A stretch of 38,657 bases of DNA, taken from contig CAVDWI010000002.1 of assembly GCA_963612485.1 (NCBI GenBank), positions 1-38,657 on the forward strand. Direction: 5' to 3'. Every line of letters begins with the position of its first letter. Position 1 is the first letter of the stretch. The notes under the pieces were generated by a model. It searched no databases. It had not been told where the DNA came from and saw only the letters and a program-made list of their open reading frames with translations. Shown here piece by piece: positions 22,355-31,675 of the stretch. Source of the DNA: Barnesiella intestinihominis (GTDB lineage Bacteria; Verrucomicrobiota; Kiritimatiellia; RFP12; UBA1067). The translations under genes and the position numbers were made by a program.

Positions 22355-22400
22355 TCATTCGTTTGATGTTGAAACAAACGAAATGAAAGGAGTTCAAGAT

Positions 22401-22814
22401 ATGAACACATTGATGAATATGGATCCGTGGGGCTTTCTGGATGAGCTGTTCGATGCGAACAGCCGCGCATTCAGAAGCATGAGGGCTCGCGCCGCCGGAC
22501 GCTTCCCGCCCGTGAACGTGTTCTTGGACGATGACGCAGTGATTATCGACCTGGAACTGCCCGGAAAAACGGCGAAGGACGTGACGCTTACCCTCGAACC
22601 CCAGGCGGTCGTCGTGGCCGACAGGCCCGCCGAGGAGACCGACGCGAAGACCGGCAAGCCCGTCGAGACGCGCCCCGCATGGAGCCGCCGACTGGAACTG
22701 CCCTTCCGCGTGAACGCCGACAAGGCGAACGCGAAGTTCGAGAACGGCATTCTGCGCATCGAACTGCCGAAGGCGGAAGCCGACGGCGTGAGGCACATCG
22801 CCATTCAGGGCTGA
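22401..22814 (+). CDS. Small heat-shock protein (Hsp20/alpha-crystallin family)
   Basis: 137 aa. Alpha-crystallin domain with V.V.LPG..K.DV.. and FENGILRIELPK. SD AAAGGAG. Confidence 0.85.
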   Translation: MNTLMNMDPWGFLDELFDANSRAFRSMRARAAGRFPPVNVFLDDDAVIIDLELPGKTAKDVTLTLEPQAVVVADRPAEETDAKTGKPVETRPAWSRRLELPFRVNADKANAKFENGILRIELPKAEADGVRHIAIQG

Positions 22815-22850
22815 ACGTATACCATCTATAAGAAGGAAAGGAGACTCAAG

Positions 22851-23186
22851 ATGAACGAAGAGAAATTTGTGGTTCCGACAGCGGTGCTTTCGGAAAGGCC
22901 GGACGAATACGAACTCAGGATCGAAATCCCCGGCATTGGCAAGGATGAGACGGAGTTGCATGTCGAGGGCAAGACTCTCACGCTCAAGACGCACGCGAAA
23001 TACCAGAACCCAGCCGGGTTCAAGCAGGTCGCGGCGGAATTCGAGCGGCAGAATTACGCGATGAGCGCCGACTTGCCCGAACTTGCAAACCCCGCCGCAC
23101 TGACCGCGAAACTGGAGAACGGCGTGCTGACGGTCGTGGTGAAGAAACGCGCCGAAATGCAGGCGAAGAAGATCGAGATTCACTGA
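22851..23186 (+). CDS. Small heat-shock protein (Hsp20 family), short paralogue
   Basis: 111 aa. YELRIEIPGIGKDE..LHVEG..L and LENGVLTVVVKK. SD AAAGGAG. Confidence 0.8.
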   Translation: MNEEKFVVPTAVLSERPDEYELRIEIPGIGKDETELHVEGKTLTLKTHAKYQNPAGFKQVAAEFERQNYAMSADLPELANPAALTAKLENGVLTVVVKKRAEMQAKKIEIH

Positions 23187-23203
23187 TTGCAAATCCGTTC
23201 GCC

Positions 23204-23249
23204 AAAAGACCCCGATACGCCGCGTGGCGCATCGGGGTCTTCCTTTTTC
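23204..23249. terminator. Rho-independent terminator between convergent hsp20 and lysC
   Basis: Stem AAGACCCCGAT (23206-23216) pairs with ATCGGGGTCTT (23231-23241), followed by CCTTTTT. Confidence 0.8.
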
Positions 23250-23265
23250 AGACAGCGGATTTCGT

Positions 23266-24633
23266 TCAGCGGCCGAAGAACGCCTTGTAGAGGGCGCGAA
23301 CCGCCGCGTCGCGATCCTGCTGGCGGATGGCAATCATGAACGAGACTTCACTCGAACCCTGATTGACCATCGACATCGAAATGCCCGCCGAGGCGAGCGC
23401 GAGGCACGCCTTCGCGAACATACCCGGCGTATAGCACATGCCTTCGCCGACAATCATGATGATCGTGATGTCGCGCTCGACCGCCACGCTGTCCGGCTCG
23501 AGTTCGCGGCGAATCGACTGCACGACGCGGCGTTCTTTCTCCTTCGGGAGATTTACGCCCTTCACGACGACGCACTGCGAGTCCACGCCCGAAGGCATAT
23601 GCTCGTAGGCAATGTGCTCGTCCTCGAGAATCTGGAGAAGGCGACGACCGAAGCCGATGGCGCGGTTCATCAGGTATTTCTCGACGACGATGTTGCAGAA
23701 GTCGTCCTGCGAGGCGATGCCGACCACCGTGCCGGGCACGACCCGCCGCGACTGCACGATCATCGTGCCGGGTTCGGACGGATGGTTCGTGTTGCGGATG
23801 TTAATCGGGATTCGCGCCCGTACGGCGGGAATCACCGCGTCGTCGTTGAACACGCCAAAGCCCGCGTAGGCGAGTTCGCGCATCTCACGGTAGGTCATCG
23901 TCGGTATGCCCTCGCCGTCCTTCACTTCGGGGACGATGCGCGGATCGACCGGGTAGACGGAGTCCACGTCGGTGAAGTTCTCGTAGACGTCGGCGCAGAC
24001 CGCCGCCGCGAGAATCGAGCCGGTGATGTCGCTGCCGCCGCGCGGGAAGGTGGCGACCTTACCCTCCTTCGTATAGCCGAAGAAGCCGGGGTAGATGACG
24101 ATGCCGTCGAAGTTCGAGAAGGCACGGGAGAGCGTGGAGTAGCTGGACGGGTCGAGCGTGGCATCGCCGAACTCGCCCATCAGCACCATCCCCGTCTCAC
24201 GCGGGCTCGCATACCGCGCCTTGCGTCCGCGAGCCGTGAACGCGACCGCCACGAGTTTCGCATTGTCGTCCTCGCCCGCCGCCTTCATCAAGTCCATGAA
24301 CTCTGCCGCCGACAGCTGGTCGCGCTGGGCGAGACGGCTACGCAGGTCGTTCTCAATCTCGTGGACGATTTCGTCACCGAGCTTCAGTTCCGTCGCGATT
24401 CCCGCATAGCGCTCGACCACGGCCCCATAGGCGCGGTCGGTGTTCTCCCCCGCAAGTGCCGCGTTCGCGAGCGCAATCAGCAGATCCGTCACCTTCGTAT
24501 CGCCCGAATGCCGCTTGCCGGGGGCGGAAACGACCACGATTCGCCGCGTCGGATCCGCCAGAACGATGTCGATTACCTTGTTGAGCTGCGCCGCATTGGC
24601 GAGCGAACTACCACCAAACTTACAGACTTTCAT
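23266..24633 (-). CDS. lysC: Aspartate kinase
   Basis: MKVCKFGGSSL start and VVVSAPG. C-terminal ACT-like repeats. Adjacent to hom. Confidence 0.9.
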   Translation of the reverse strand: MKVCKFGGSSLANAAQLNKVIDIVLADPTRRIVVVSAPGKRHSGDTKVTDLLIALANAALAGENTDRAYGAVVERYAGIATELKLGDEIVHEIENDLRSRLAQRDQLSAAEFMDLMKAAGEDDNAKLVAVAFTARGRKARYASPRETGMVLMGEFGDATLDPSSYSTLSRAFSNFDGIVIYPGFFGYTKEGKVATFPRGGSDITGSILAAAVCADVYENFTDVDSVYPVDPRIVPEVKDGEGIPTMTYREMRELAYAGFGVFNDDAVIPAVRARIPINIRNTNHPSEPGTMIVQSRRVVPGTVVGIASQDDFCNIVVEKYLMNRAIGFGRRLLQILEDEHIAYEHMPSGVDSQCVVVKGVNLPKEKERRVVQSIRRELEPDSVAVERDITIIMIVGEGMCYTPGMFAKACLALASAGISMSMVNQGSSEVSFMIAIRQQDRDAAVRALYKAFFGR

Positions 24634-24665
24634 CGTTTTCTCGAATTCTCAAATGCCCTGCAATC

Positions 24666-25958
24666 TCAAAGGACGCGAAGCGCAACCGGCTCGCCGGCGA
24701 TCAGCCCCGACTTCGCGATTTCCGCGAGCGCCGCCGTCAGGTCGGCCGTCTTCGCCTCGTGGGTCAGCACGGCGACCGGGGCGAACCCGTCCGTCCCCGC
24801 CGCCTTCTGTGAGGCCGCCGAAATCGACACGCCGTGCGCACCGAGCGCCGTTGCAATCTGACCGAACGCGCCCGGCTTGTCCGTCACGTTGAAGCGCAGG
24901 TAGAAGGAGGATGAAATCTCACCCGCCGCACGGAGTTTGACCTTGCCCTCCGCATAGTTGGGGATGGCGCGGGCGTATCGCGTCTCGCCGTGCGCGAGGT
25001 TGCGGGCGATGTCGCCGATGTCGCCGACAACCGTCGAGGCCGTCGGCGCACGACCAGCGCCACGTCCGTAATACATCGTGTAATCGCTCATGTCGCCCTT
25101 CACCCACGCCGCGTTGAAGGCGTCGTTCACCGAGGCGAGCATGTGCGTCATCGGCACGAGCGTCGGCCCGACGCCGACCTCCACCTCGTCGCCGACACGC
25201 GCAACACGCGCAAGAAGCTTGATGCGGTAGCCGAAGTCCGCCGCGTAGCGGACGTCGTCCCCGGCGAGATTGCGGATTCCCTTCACGTCGACTTCCTCAA
25301 CCTTCGGCTGGAAGCCATACGCCAGCGCGGCGAGAATGCAGGCCTTGTGAGCCGTGTCGAAGCCATCGATGTCGAGCGAGGGGTTCGCCTCGGCGTAGCC
25401 GAGTTTCTGCGCGTCGCGCAAGACCTCGTCAAACGGCAGCCCCTCGTTCTCCATCCGCGTCAGAATGTAGTTGCACGTGCCGTTCAGGATGCCGTGGATG
25501 GATTCGATCCCGTTCCCGGCCAGGCCTTCGCGGAGAACGCGGATAATCGGGATGCCGCCGCCGACGGAAGCCCCGAAGTAGATGTCCACGTTGTTCTGAG
25601 CCGCCGTGTCGAAGATTTCCTTCCCGTATTCCGCCAGCAGTTTCTTGTTCGCCGTCACCACGCACTTGTGGTTGGCGAGGGCGTCAAGAACGAATGTCTT
25701 GGCGATGCCCGTGCCGCCAATCGTCTCGACGACAATCTGCACTTCGGGGTCGGCAATCACGCTCTTCGCGTCCGTCGTCAGCACGCCCTCCGGCACGGGG
25801 ACCCCGCGATCCGTCGTAATGTCCAGGTCGGCAATCTTCCGCAAGACAATGTCCACGCCGAGACGCTTCGCCATGACGTCGCGGTGCTTCAACAGCCCGT
25901 CCGCGACACCTGCGCCAACCGTCCCGAATCCGAGTATACCAACGCCAATCTGCTTCAT
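24666..25958 (-). CDS. hom: Homoserine dehydrogenase
   Basis: GILGFGTVG NAD-binding loop, a catalytic-domain body recognised as homoserine dehydrogenase, and a C-terminal ACT domain. Confidence 0.9.
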   Translation of the reverse strand: MKQIGVGILGFGTVGAGVADGLLKHRDVMAKRLGVDIVLRKIADLDITTDRGVPVPEGVLTTDAKSVIADPEVQIVVETIGGTGIAKTFVLDALANHKCVVTANKKLLAEYGKEIFDTAAQNNVDIYFGASVGGGIPIIRVLREGLAGNGIESIHGILNGTCNYILTRMENEGLPFDEVLRDAQKLGYAEANPSLDIDGFDTAHKACILAALAYGFQPKVEEVDVKGIRNLAGDDVRYAADFGYRIKLLARVARVGDEVEVGVGPTLVPMTHMLASVNDAFNAAWVKGDMSDYTMYYGRGAGRAPTASTVVGDIGDIARNLAHGETRYARAIPNYAEGKVKLRAAGEISSSFYLRFNVTDKPGAFGQIATALGAHGVSISAASQKAAGTDGFAPVAVLTHEAKTADLTAALAEIAKSGLIAGEPVALRVL

Positions 25959-26038
25959 CTGTATGAATCCTTCTTTCCGTCAGAAAACGGCATATTTTAC
26001 TCTTTTTCGCCGAGCAAAGTCAATGCGTTCACAGAATA

Positions 26039-26047
26039 TGGTATAAT
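26039..26047 (+). promoter_or_regulatory. Extended -10 element TGGTATAAT for etfB (leaderless geometry)
   Basis: Exact TGGTATAAT. The ATG at 26054 follows after 6 nt and there is no SD. Confidence 0.6.
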
Positions 26048-26053
26048 ATCGCC

Positions 26054-26920
26054 ATGAAAACGAGCATTTCAGGTCGCGAAGGCGGCTATAACTGCGTGGT
26101 CTGCATCAAGCAGGTACCCGATACGAAGAAGGTGACGGGCGAGGCCATGAAGGCCGATGGCACGATCAACCGTGCGGCATTGCCCGCAATTTTCAATCCT
26201 GAAGACCGCAACGCCCTCGAGGCGGCGCTTCGCGTGAAGGAAACCTACGGCGGAACCGTGACGGCGATTGCGATGGGGCTTCCCGCCGCATGCGCGATCC
26301 TCCGCGAGGCCCTGATGTGCGGCGCGGACAAGGCGTATCTCGTGACCGACCGCAAGGCGGCCGGTTCCGACACGCTGGCGACGAGCTACATCCTCTCTCA
26401 GGCCGTGAAGAAGTTCAATCCCGACCTCGTTTTCTGCGGACGGCAGGCGATTGACGGCGATACCGCCCAGGTGGGGCCGCAGATTGCCGAGAAACTCGAC
26501 TTCGCCGCGATTACCTACCTCGAGGGGCTTGAACTCGACGGGGACTGCGCGATTGCGACACGCGACATCGGCACGGGCATCGAGAAAGACCGCGTGAAAC
26601 TGCCCGCGCTCTTCACCGTGACCGAGAAGTTCGGCGAGCTGCGTCCGTTCGACGTGAAGCGCGTGATGAAGTACAAGAAGGCAAAGGCGGCCGTCGAGAA
26701 CGGTGGCACGGCGCTCGAGGGCGACCTCGCAATCGGGCAGCTTTCGTGCGACGACATCGGCGCGGAGGCCGACCGCTGCGGCTTCGCGGGCAGTCCGACG
26801 AGCGTGAACAAGATCGTGTCGGTCGTTCTCGCGGGCGGCGACTACAAGGAATATTCCGCCGATGACGCGGGCGTCAATGCGCTGGTGGGCGAACTCATCG
26901 CCGACCACACCATTGGATAA
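26054..26920 (+). CDS. etfB: Electron transfer flavoprotein beta subunit
   Basis: CIKQVPDT motif and an EtfB-like body. Followed by etfA. Confidence 0.9.
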   Translation: MKTSISGREGGYNCVVCIKQVPDTKKVTGEAMKADGTINRAALPAIFNPEDRNALEAALRVKETYGGTVTAIAMGLPAACAILREALMCGADKAYLVTDRKAAGSDTLATSYILSQAVKKFNPDLVFCGRQAIDGDTAQVGPQIAEKLDFAAITYLEGLELDGDCAIATRDIGTGIEKDRVKLPALFTVTEKFGELRPFDVKRVMKYKKAKAAVENGGTALEGDLAIGQLSCDDIGAEADRCGFAGSPTSVNKIVSVVLAGGDYKEYSADDAGVNALVGELIADHTIG

Positions 26921-26930
26921 GGAGTGATTT

Positions 26931-27956
26931 ATGGATAGAGCACAAGGAGAAGTCTGGGTATTTGCCGAACAGGAAGACGGCAAGCTGAGCGACGTTCCGC
27001 GCGAACTGCTCGGGAAGGGGCGCGAACTCGCCGACAAGTTGGGCGTGAAGCTCGCGGCGGTTCTGCTGGGCAACGGGGTTGAAGGCCTCGCCGCGCAGCT
27101 GTTCGAAGCGGGGGCGGACAAGGTGCACCTCGTCGAAGACCCGAAACTCGCGGTCTTCCGCGGCAAGGCGTACCGCCACGCATTCGTTGAACTCATCAAG
27201 GAATGTTCGCCGCAGATCGTCATCTTCGGCGCGACGCACATGGGCCGCGACCTCGCGCCGGCCGTCGCCTCCGCACTTCGCTGCGGCCTGACGGCCGACT
27301 GCACCGACCTGCAGATCGGCGACTACGAGGACCGCAAGACGAAGGAGACCTTCCACAACGTCCTCCAGCAGATTCGTCCGGCGTTCGGCGGCAACATCAT
27401 CGCCACGATCGTGAACGCCCGCCACTGGCCGCAGATGGCGACCGTGCGCGAGGGCGTGATGAAGCCCCTCGACCCGAAGCCGGGCGCGACGGGCGAAGTC
27501 GTCCGCCACGACTCGCATCTCGCGGGCGTCGAGATTCCCGTTGAGGTTCTCGACATCGTGCGCCGCCATTCGTCCGTCAACCTGAAGGGTTCGCGCATCA
27601 TCGTCGCGGGCGGCGCAGGCGTCGGCTCGAAGGAGAACTTCAAGCTTCTCCACGACCTCGCGGACGCGCTGGGCGGGGCAGTCGGCGGCAGCCGTGCGGC
27701 GGTCGATCTCGGCTACTGCGAGCACGAGCGCCAGATTGGGCAGACCGGCGTCACCGTTCGCCCCGCGCTCTTCATCAGCTGCGGCATTTCGGGTGCGGTT
27801 CAGCACCTCGCGGGTATGCAGGATTCGGCGAAGATCATCGCCATCAACACCGACAAGGACGCGCCAATCTTCAAGGTCGCGCACTACGGCATCGTCGGCG
27901 ACCTGAACGTCGTCATTCCGAAAATGATCAAGGCCATCAAGGGAAAGGCCCAGTAA
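26931..27956 (+). CDS. etfA: Electron transfer flavoprotein alpha subunit
   Basis: C-terminal FAD motif AVGGSRAAVD...QIGQTG..V.P.L.ISCGISGAVQHLAGM. Confidence 0.9.
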   Translation: MDRAQGEVWVFAEQEDGKLSDVPRELLGKGRELADKLGVKLAAVLLGNGVEGLAAQLFEAGADKVHLVEDPKLAVFRGKAYRHAFVELIKECSPQIVIFGATHMGRDLAPAVASALRCGLTADCTDLQIGDYEDRKTKETFHNVLQQIRPAFGGNIIATIVNARHWPQMATVREGVMKPLDPKPGATGEVVRHDSHLAGVEIPVEVLDIVRRHSSVNLKGSRIIVAGGAGVGSKENFKLLHDLADALGGAVGGSRAAVDLGYCEHERQIGQTGVTVRPALFISCGISGAVQHLAGMQDSAKIIAINTDKDAPIFKVAHYGIVGDLNVVIPKMIKAIKGKAQ

Positions 27957-27957
27957 G

Positions 27958-29709
27958 ATGAGTAATTTCTACAAGGACAATGCGGACATCGCCGCGACGA
28001 TTGACGCGCTCGACCTGAGCGAAGTCGCCGAACTCTTCGAGGAGGGCTTCCGCTTCACGAAGGAATACGATTTCGCCCCCGTCGATTCGGCGGACGCGAT
28101 CGACAACTACAAGCGTGCGCTTGACGTGTGCGGCGACGTGGCGGGCAACCGCATCGCGGCGACCGCCGAGGAGACCGACAAGGTCGGCAACGTCCTCAAC
28201 GAGGACGGCAGCGTGACCTACGCGCCGGGCATCGACCTCGCCATCAGGCTCTACGGCAAGACGGGCATTCTCGGCGTGACGATCCCCTACTACCTGGGCG
28301 GGCTCAATATGCCCTGCACGATTCTCACCGCCGCGAACGACATCGTCTCCCGTGCGGATGCCTCGCTGATGAACATGTTCGGTCTTCAGGGCATTGCCGA
28401 GACAATCAACATGTTCGCCTCCGAGGACATCAAGAAGCAGTATATTCCGAAACTCGTTTCGGGCGAGTATACGGGCGCGATGGTGCTCACCGAGCCGGAC
28501 GCCGGTTCCGACCTGCAGAGCGTCAAGACGATGGCCTACCAGGACGAGAACGGCAACTGGTTCGTGAACGGCGTGAAGCGCTTCATCACGAACGGCTGCG
28601 GCGACGTGCTTCTCGTGCTGGCCCGCACCGAGCCGGAGTTCTCCGACGGGCGCGGACTTAGCTGTCTGCTCGTCGAGAAGTGTCCGCAGGTGAAGGTTCG
28701 CCGCCTTGAGCACAAGCTCGGCATCAACGGCTCGCCAACCTGCGAACTCGTCTTCAACAACGCCCCGGCGAAACTGATCGGCCAGCGCAAGCGCGGACTG
28801 ATCACCTACGTGATGGCGCTCATGAACGGTGCGCGCGTCGGCATTTCCGCGCAGGGCACGGGCATTGGCGAGGCCGCCTACCGTGCGGCGCGTGACTACG
28901 CCGCGAGCCGCCGCCAGTTCGGCCAGACGATCGACTGCTTCCCGGCGCTCCGCGAACTCCTCTCCGATATGTCCGTCGATCTGCAGGCGGCCCGTGCGCT
29001 CGCCTACTATTCGTCGAAGTGCGTGGATATGGAGACGGGTCTGACGCGCAAGTTCGAGGGTCTGAAGGGTTCGCCCGAAGCCCCGGCGGTGCGTACGCGC
29101 ATGAAACGCTACTCCGCCTTCAACAAGATGCTCACGCCGATGGCGAAGTATTACGCCTCCGAGATGTCCATGCGCGTCTCGAACGGCGCGGTTGCCGTGC
29201 TCGGCGGTTCGGGCTACATGAAGGACTACCCCGTCGAGCGGTATCTGCGCGATGCGCGAATCACCACGATCTACGAAGGAACTTCGCAACTTCAGGTGAT
29301 CGCCGCGATTGCCGGCGTGATGGGTGGACTCGTGAAGGACGTCGTCGCCGACATTCTCGAGGGCGTTGACCTCAGCGAACAGCTCAAGGGCAAACTCGCC
29401 GAAGTCGAGAAACTCAACGGCGAACTCGAAGCGGCGGTTCAGTATGTCCACGGACACTCCGACGGCAAGGCCTACCACGACCTCCACGCCCGCAAGCTCG
29501 TGGACGCGGCGATTGCCGTGATTGTCGCGGCGCTTCTCATCCGCTTCGCGGCGAAACTGCCCGAAAGCGCGAAGGAAGTCGCGCTCGACTACTGGATGGC
29601 GACGCGCTTCCCGACGGTTCGTGCGGAACTCGAGAAGGCGACGAGCGGCTACACCGCCCCCGTCGGGCTCTTCGAGAAGCTCGCCCCGGCGGTCTCACTC
29701 GCCGACTGA
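27958..29709 (+). CDS. Acyl-CoA dehydrogenase, long form with C-terminal extension
   Basis: LTEPDAGSD, ITNG and TTIYEGTSQLQ motifs. 583 aa. Start is 1 nt after the etfA stop. Confidence 0.88.
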   Translation: MSNFYKDNADIAATIDALDLSEVAELFEEGFRFTKEYDFAPVDSADAIDNYKRALDVCGDVAGNRIAATAEETDKVGNVLNEDGSVTYAPGIDLAIRLYGKTGILGVTIPYYLGGLNMPCTILTAANDIVSRADASLMNMFGLQGIAETINMFASEDIKKQYIPKLVSGEYTGAMVLTEPDAGSDLQSVKTMAYQDENGNWFVNGVKRFITNGCGDVLLVLARTEPEFSDGRGLSCLLVEKCPQVKVRRLEHKLGINGSPTCELVFNNAPAKLIGQRKRGLITYVMALMNGARVGISAQGTGIGEAAYRAARDYAASRRQFGQTIDCFPALRELLSDMSVDLQAARALAYYSSKCVDMETGLTRKFEGLKGSPEAPAVRTRMKRYSAFNKMLTPMAKYYASEMSMRVSNGAVAVLGGSGYMKDYPVERYLRDARITTIYEGTSQLQVIAAIAGVMGGLVKDVVADILEGVDLSEQLKGKLAEVEKLNGELEAAVQYVHGHSDGKAYHDLHARKLVDAAIAVIVAALLIRFAAKLPESAKEVALDYWMATRFPTVRAELEKATSGYTAPVGLFEKLAPAVSLAD

Positions 29710-29730
29710 ACCTGAACGGCAACGCAAGAA

Positions 29731-29767
29731 GCAAGAGGACGGGGATTCCCCGTCCTCTTGCTTTGTT
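29731..29767. terminator. Rho-independent terminator after the acyl-CoA dehydrogenase gene
   Basis: GCAAGAGGACGGGG (29731-29744) pairs with CCCCGTCCTCTTGC (29748-29761), followed by TTTGTT. Confidence 0.85.
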
Positions 29768-29822
29768 CAAACCCCCACACACATAAGATGGCACTTCTCG
29801 CAGCCGCCTGGAGTTTCCTGCC

Positions 29823-31658
29823 TCAAAGGGAGACGCTGAGTCCGCAGACTTCGGGTTTGAGCGAAATGCCGAAGCGGAAATAGACGCGATTGTGCATGAG
29901 CCGGGCGAGCGCGAGGAAGTCCGATGCGGTAGCATCCGCCCCCGAAACGATGACATTCGCGTGTTCCGACCAGACCGTCGCGCCGCCGACGCGCAAATCC
30001 TTCGCCCCCGCCGCCTCGAGAAGCCGTCCCGCGAAATCGCCGGGCGGATTCTTGAAGACGCTTCCCTTCGTCCCCGGCGGAAACCGCTTTCGCCGCGACA
30101 GGTAGTCCGCCGCGTCCGTTGCCGCCGCATTGTCGGACAGGGGCTTCAGCACGAAGTCCTGAATCTCGCCCGTGATGTCCGAATGGCGGTAGGCGAAGCC
30201 GCAGTCCTCCGCCGAACGCCAGACGCCATCCACCTTGACCCGCGCAATCACTTCGGAAATCGAATGACCGAACGCGCCCGCGTTCATGCGGATCCAGCCG
30301 CCGACCGTGCCGGGAATGCCGGCCATCCACGGAATGCCGAGACTTGCGCCCGGCTGACCCGCGGGTCCCTCGGTCTTCACGTAGACCTCGCCCGTCTGAA
30401 GGTCGCTCTTCCACGTGTTCGATCCCGCGCCAATCCAGATTCGCTTCTCGGTCGGGGGCATCCACGACCGCACGAGCGGCGCGAGGTCGATGATGTCGCC
30501 CGCGCCGAGCAATAGCGCAATGTCCCCTTCTCGCATCACGAGCCGAGCATGACCCCACGCCTCCTTGCACGAACGCGCCAACTTGACGGGCACGCCCCGT
30601 GCGCGGCATTCCGCGTAGAGATCCGCAATGTCGCCCCCCTCCACGGGTTTCTCGAACGCCGCGTAGGTCGGACAGAGAATCACCTCGTCCGCCCCGGCGA
30701 ACGCGGCGGGGAAGTCAGCGAGCAGCGCCTTCGTGCGCGAATAGCGGTGCGGCTGGAAAAGAACGCGCAACTTGCCTCGACAGACTGCCCGCGCCATTGA
30801 AACCGCGCAAGCCATTTCCGTCGGATGGTGGGCGTAGTCGGTGTAGACCCCCTCGCGCAACTTCTGGAAACGGCGGTCGGGGAGTTCCGCGACGACACGC
30901 GGCAGAACCGCCGCGATGGCGTCCGCCGAATGGCCGCGCCGCAGGGCGACTTCAACGGCGGCGCGGGCGTTCTTCCTGTTGTGCGGCGCGAGGTTCAGCA
31001 ACTCGACGAAGCCGAGCGGCGGCAGAGTTTCGCTTTCGATGACCGTTCCCGCCTGTTCCTTCGCCGTCGCGTAGCAGGCGGCATACGCCTCGGGCGTCTT
31101 GAAATGGTCGGGGTGGTCGTATTCGCAGTTCGTGACGACGAGCGTCCGTGCGTGGTAAAGTGCGAGCGTGCCGTCGCTTTCGTCCGCTTCCACGACCAGC
31201 ACGGGCGGACGCGCCGCCGGGCCTTCGCACCCGGCGACGGGGAACGCCCCCGTTTCGCCGCCGATCGCCCACTCGACGCGCTCGCCGAGGGCGAGCAGGA
31301 GTTTCGCCGCGAAGGTCGAGGTCGTCGTCTTGCCGTGCGAACCGCAGACGGCGACAGCGTCACATCCGTTCACGACTTCCGCGAGCATTTCGCCGCGAAA
31401 GCGCAGGATGCCGCGTTCGGCGGCCTCGCGGCGTTCGGGATTCGCCTGCGGCACGGCGGGGGTCATCACCACGCAGTCCGCGCCCGCGACGTGTTCCGCC
31501 GCATGGCCGAACCGCACGGGGATGCCGAACCCCTCAAGCCACTTCGTGCGTGGCGTCGGGCGCAGGTCGCAGCCCGACACCTCGTGCCCGCGCTCCTTCA
31601 TAAGGAACGCGAGCGCGGCCATCCCGACGCCGCCGATGCCCGTGAAGTGAACCTTCAC
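29823..31658 (-). CDS. murC: Fusion protein: UDP-N-acetylmuramate-L-alanine ligase (MurC) + UDP-N-acetylenolpyruvoylglucosamine reductase-like (MurB) C-terminal module
   Basis: Residues 1 to about 398 are MurC: FTGIGGVGM, GSHGKTTT, EADESDG, DYAHHPTE. Residues about 403-611 are MurB-like: GAGSN, GIPGTVGG..MNAGA.G, F.YR.S, GS.FKNPPGD.AG.L.E, GGA.V...HAN..V, G..L.PEV. One continuous 611-aa frame. Confidence 0.85.
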   Translation of the reverse strand: MKVHFTGIGGVGMAALAFLMKERGHEVSGCDLRPTPRTKWLEGFGIPVRFGHAAEHVAGADCVVMTPAVPQANPERREAAERGILRFRGEMLAEVVNGCDAVAVCGSHGKTTTSTFAAKLLLALGERVEWAIGGETGAFPVAGCEGPAARPPVLVVEADESDGTLALYHARTLVVTNCEYDHPDHFKTPEAYAACYATAKEQAGTVIESETLPPLGFVELLNLAPHNRKNARAAVEVALRRGHSADAIAAVLPRVVAELPDRRFQKLREGVYTDYAHHPTEMACAVSMARAVCRGKLRVLFQPHRYSRTKALLADFPAAFAGADEVILCPTYAAFEKPVEGGDIADLYAECRARGVPVKLARSCKEAWGHARLVMREGDIALLLGAGDIIDLAPLVRSWMPPTEKRIWIGAGSNTWKSDLQTGEVYVKTEGPAGQPGASLGIPWMAGIPGTVGGWIRMNAGAFGHSISEVIARVKVDGVWRSAEDCGFAYRHSDITGEIQDFVLKPLSDNAAATDAADYLSRRKRFPPGTKGSVFKNPPGDFAGRLLEAAGAKDLRVGGATVWSEHANVIVSGADATASDFLALARLMHNRVYFRFGISLKPEVCGLSVSL

Positions 31659-31675
31659 ACCCGCGCCCCGTCCTT

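Noticed and set aside
22134-22400. N-terminal extension of hsp20 (ORF 22134..22814, 226 aa).
   Set aside because: The extension runs through the promoter/UAS region and the opposite-strand Rhs-tip start, and it has no Hsp20-like sequence. A strong SD precedes the internal ATG at 22401, which gives a typical 137-aa sHSP.
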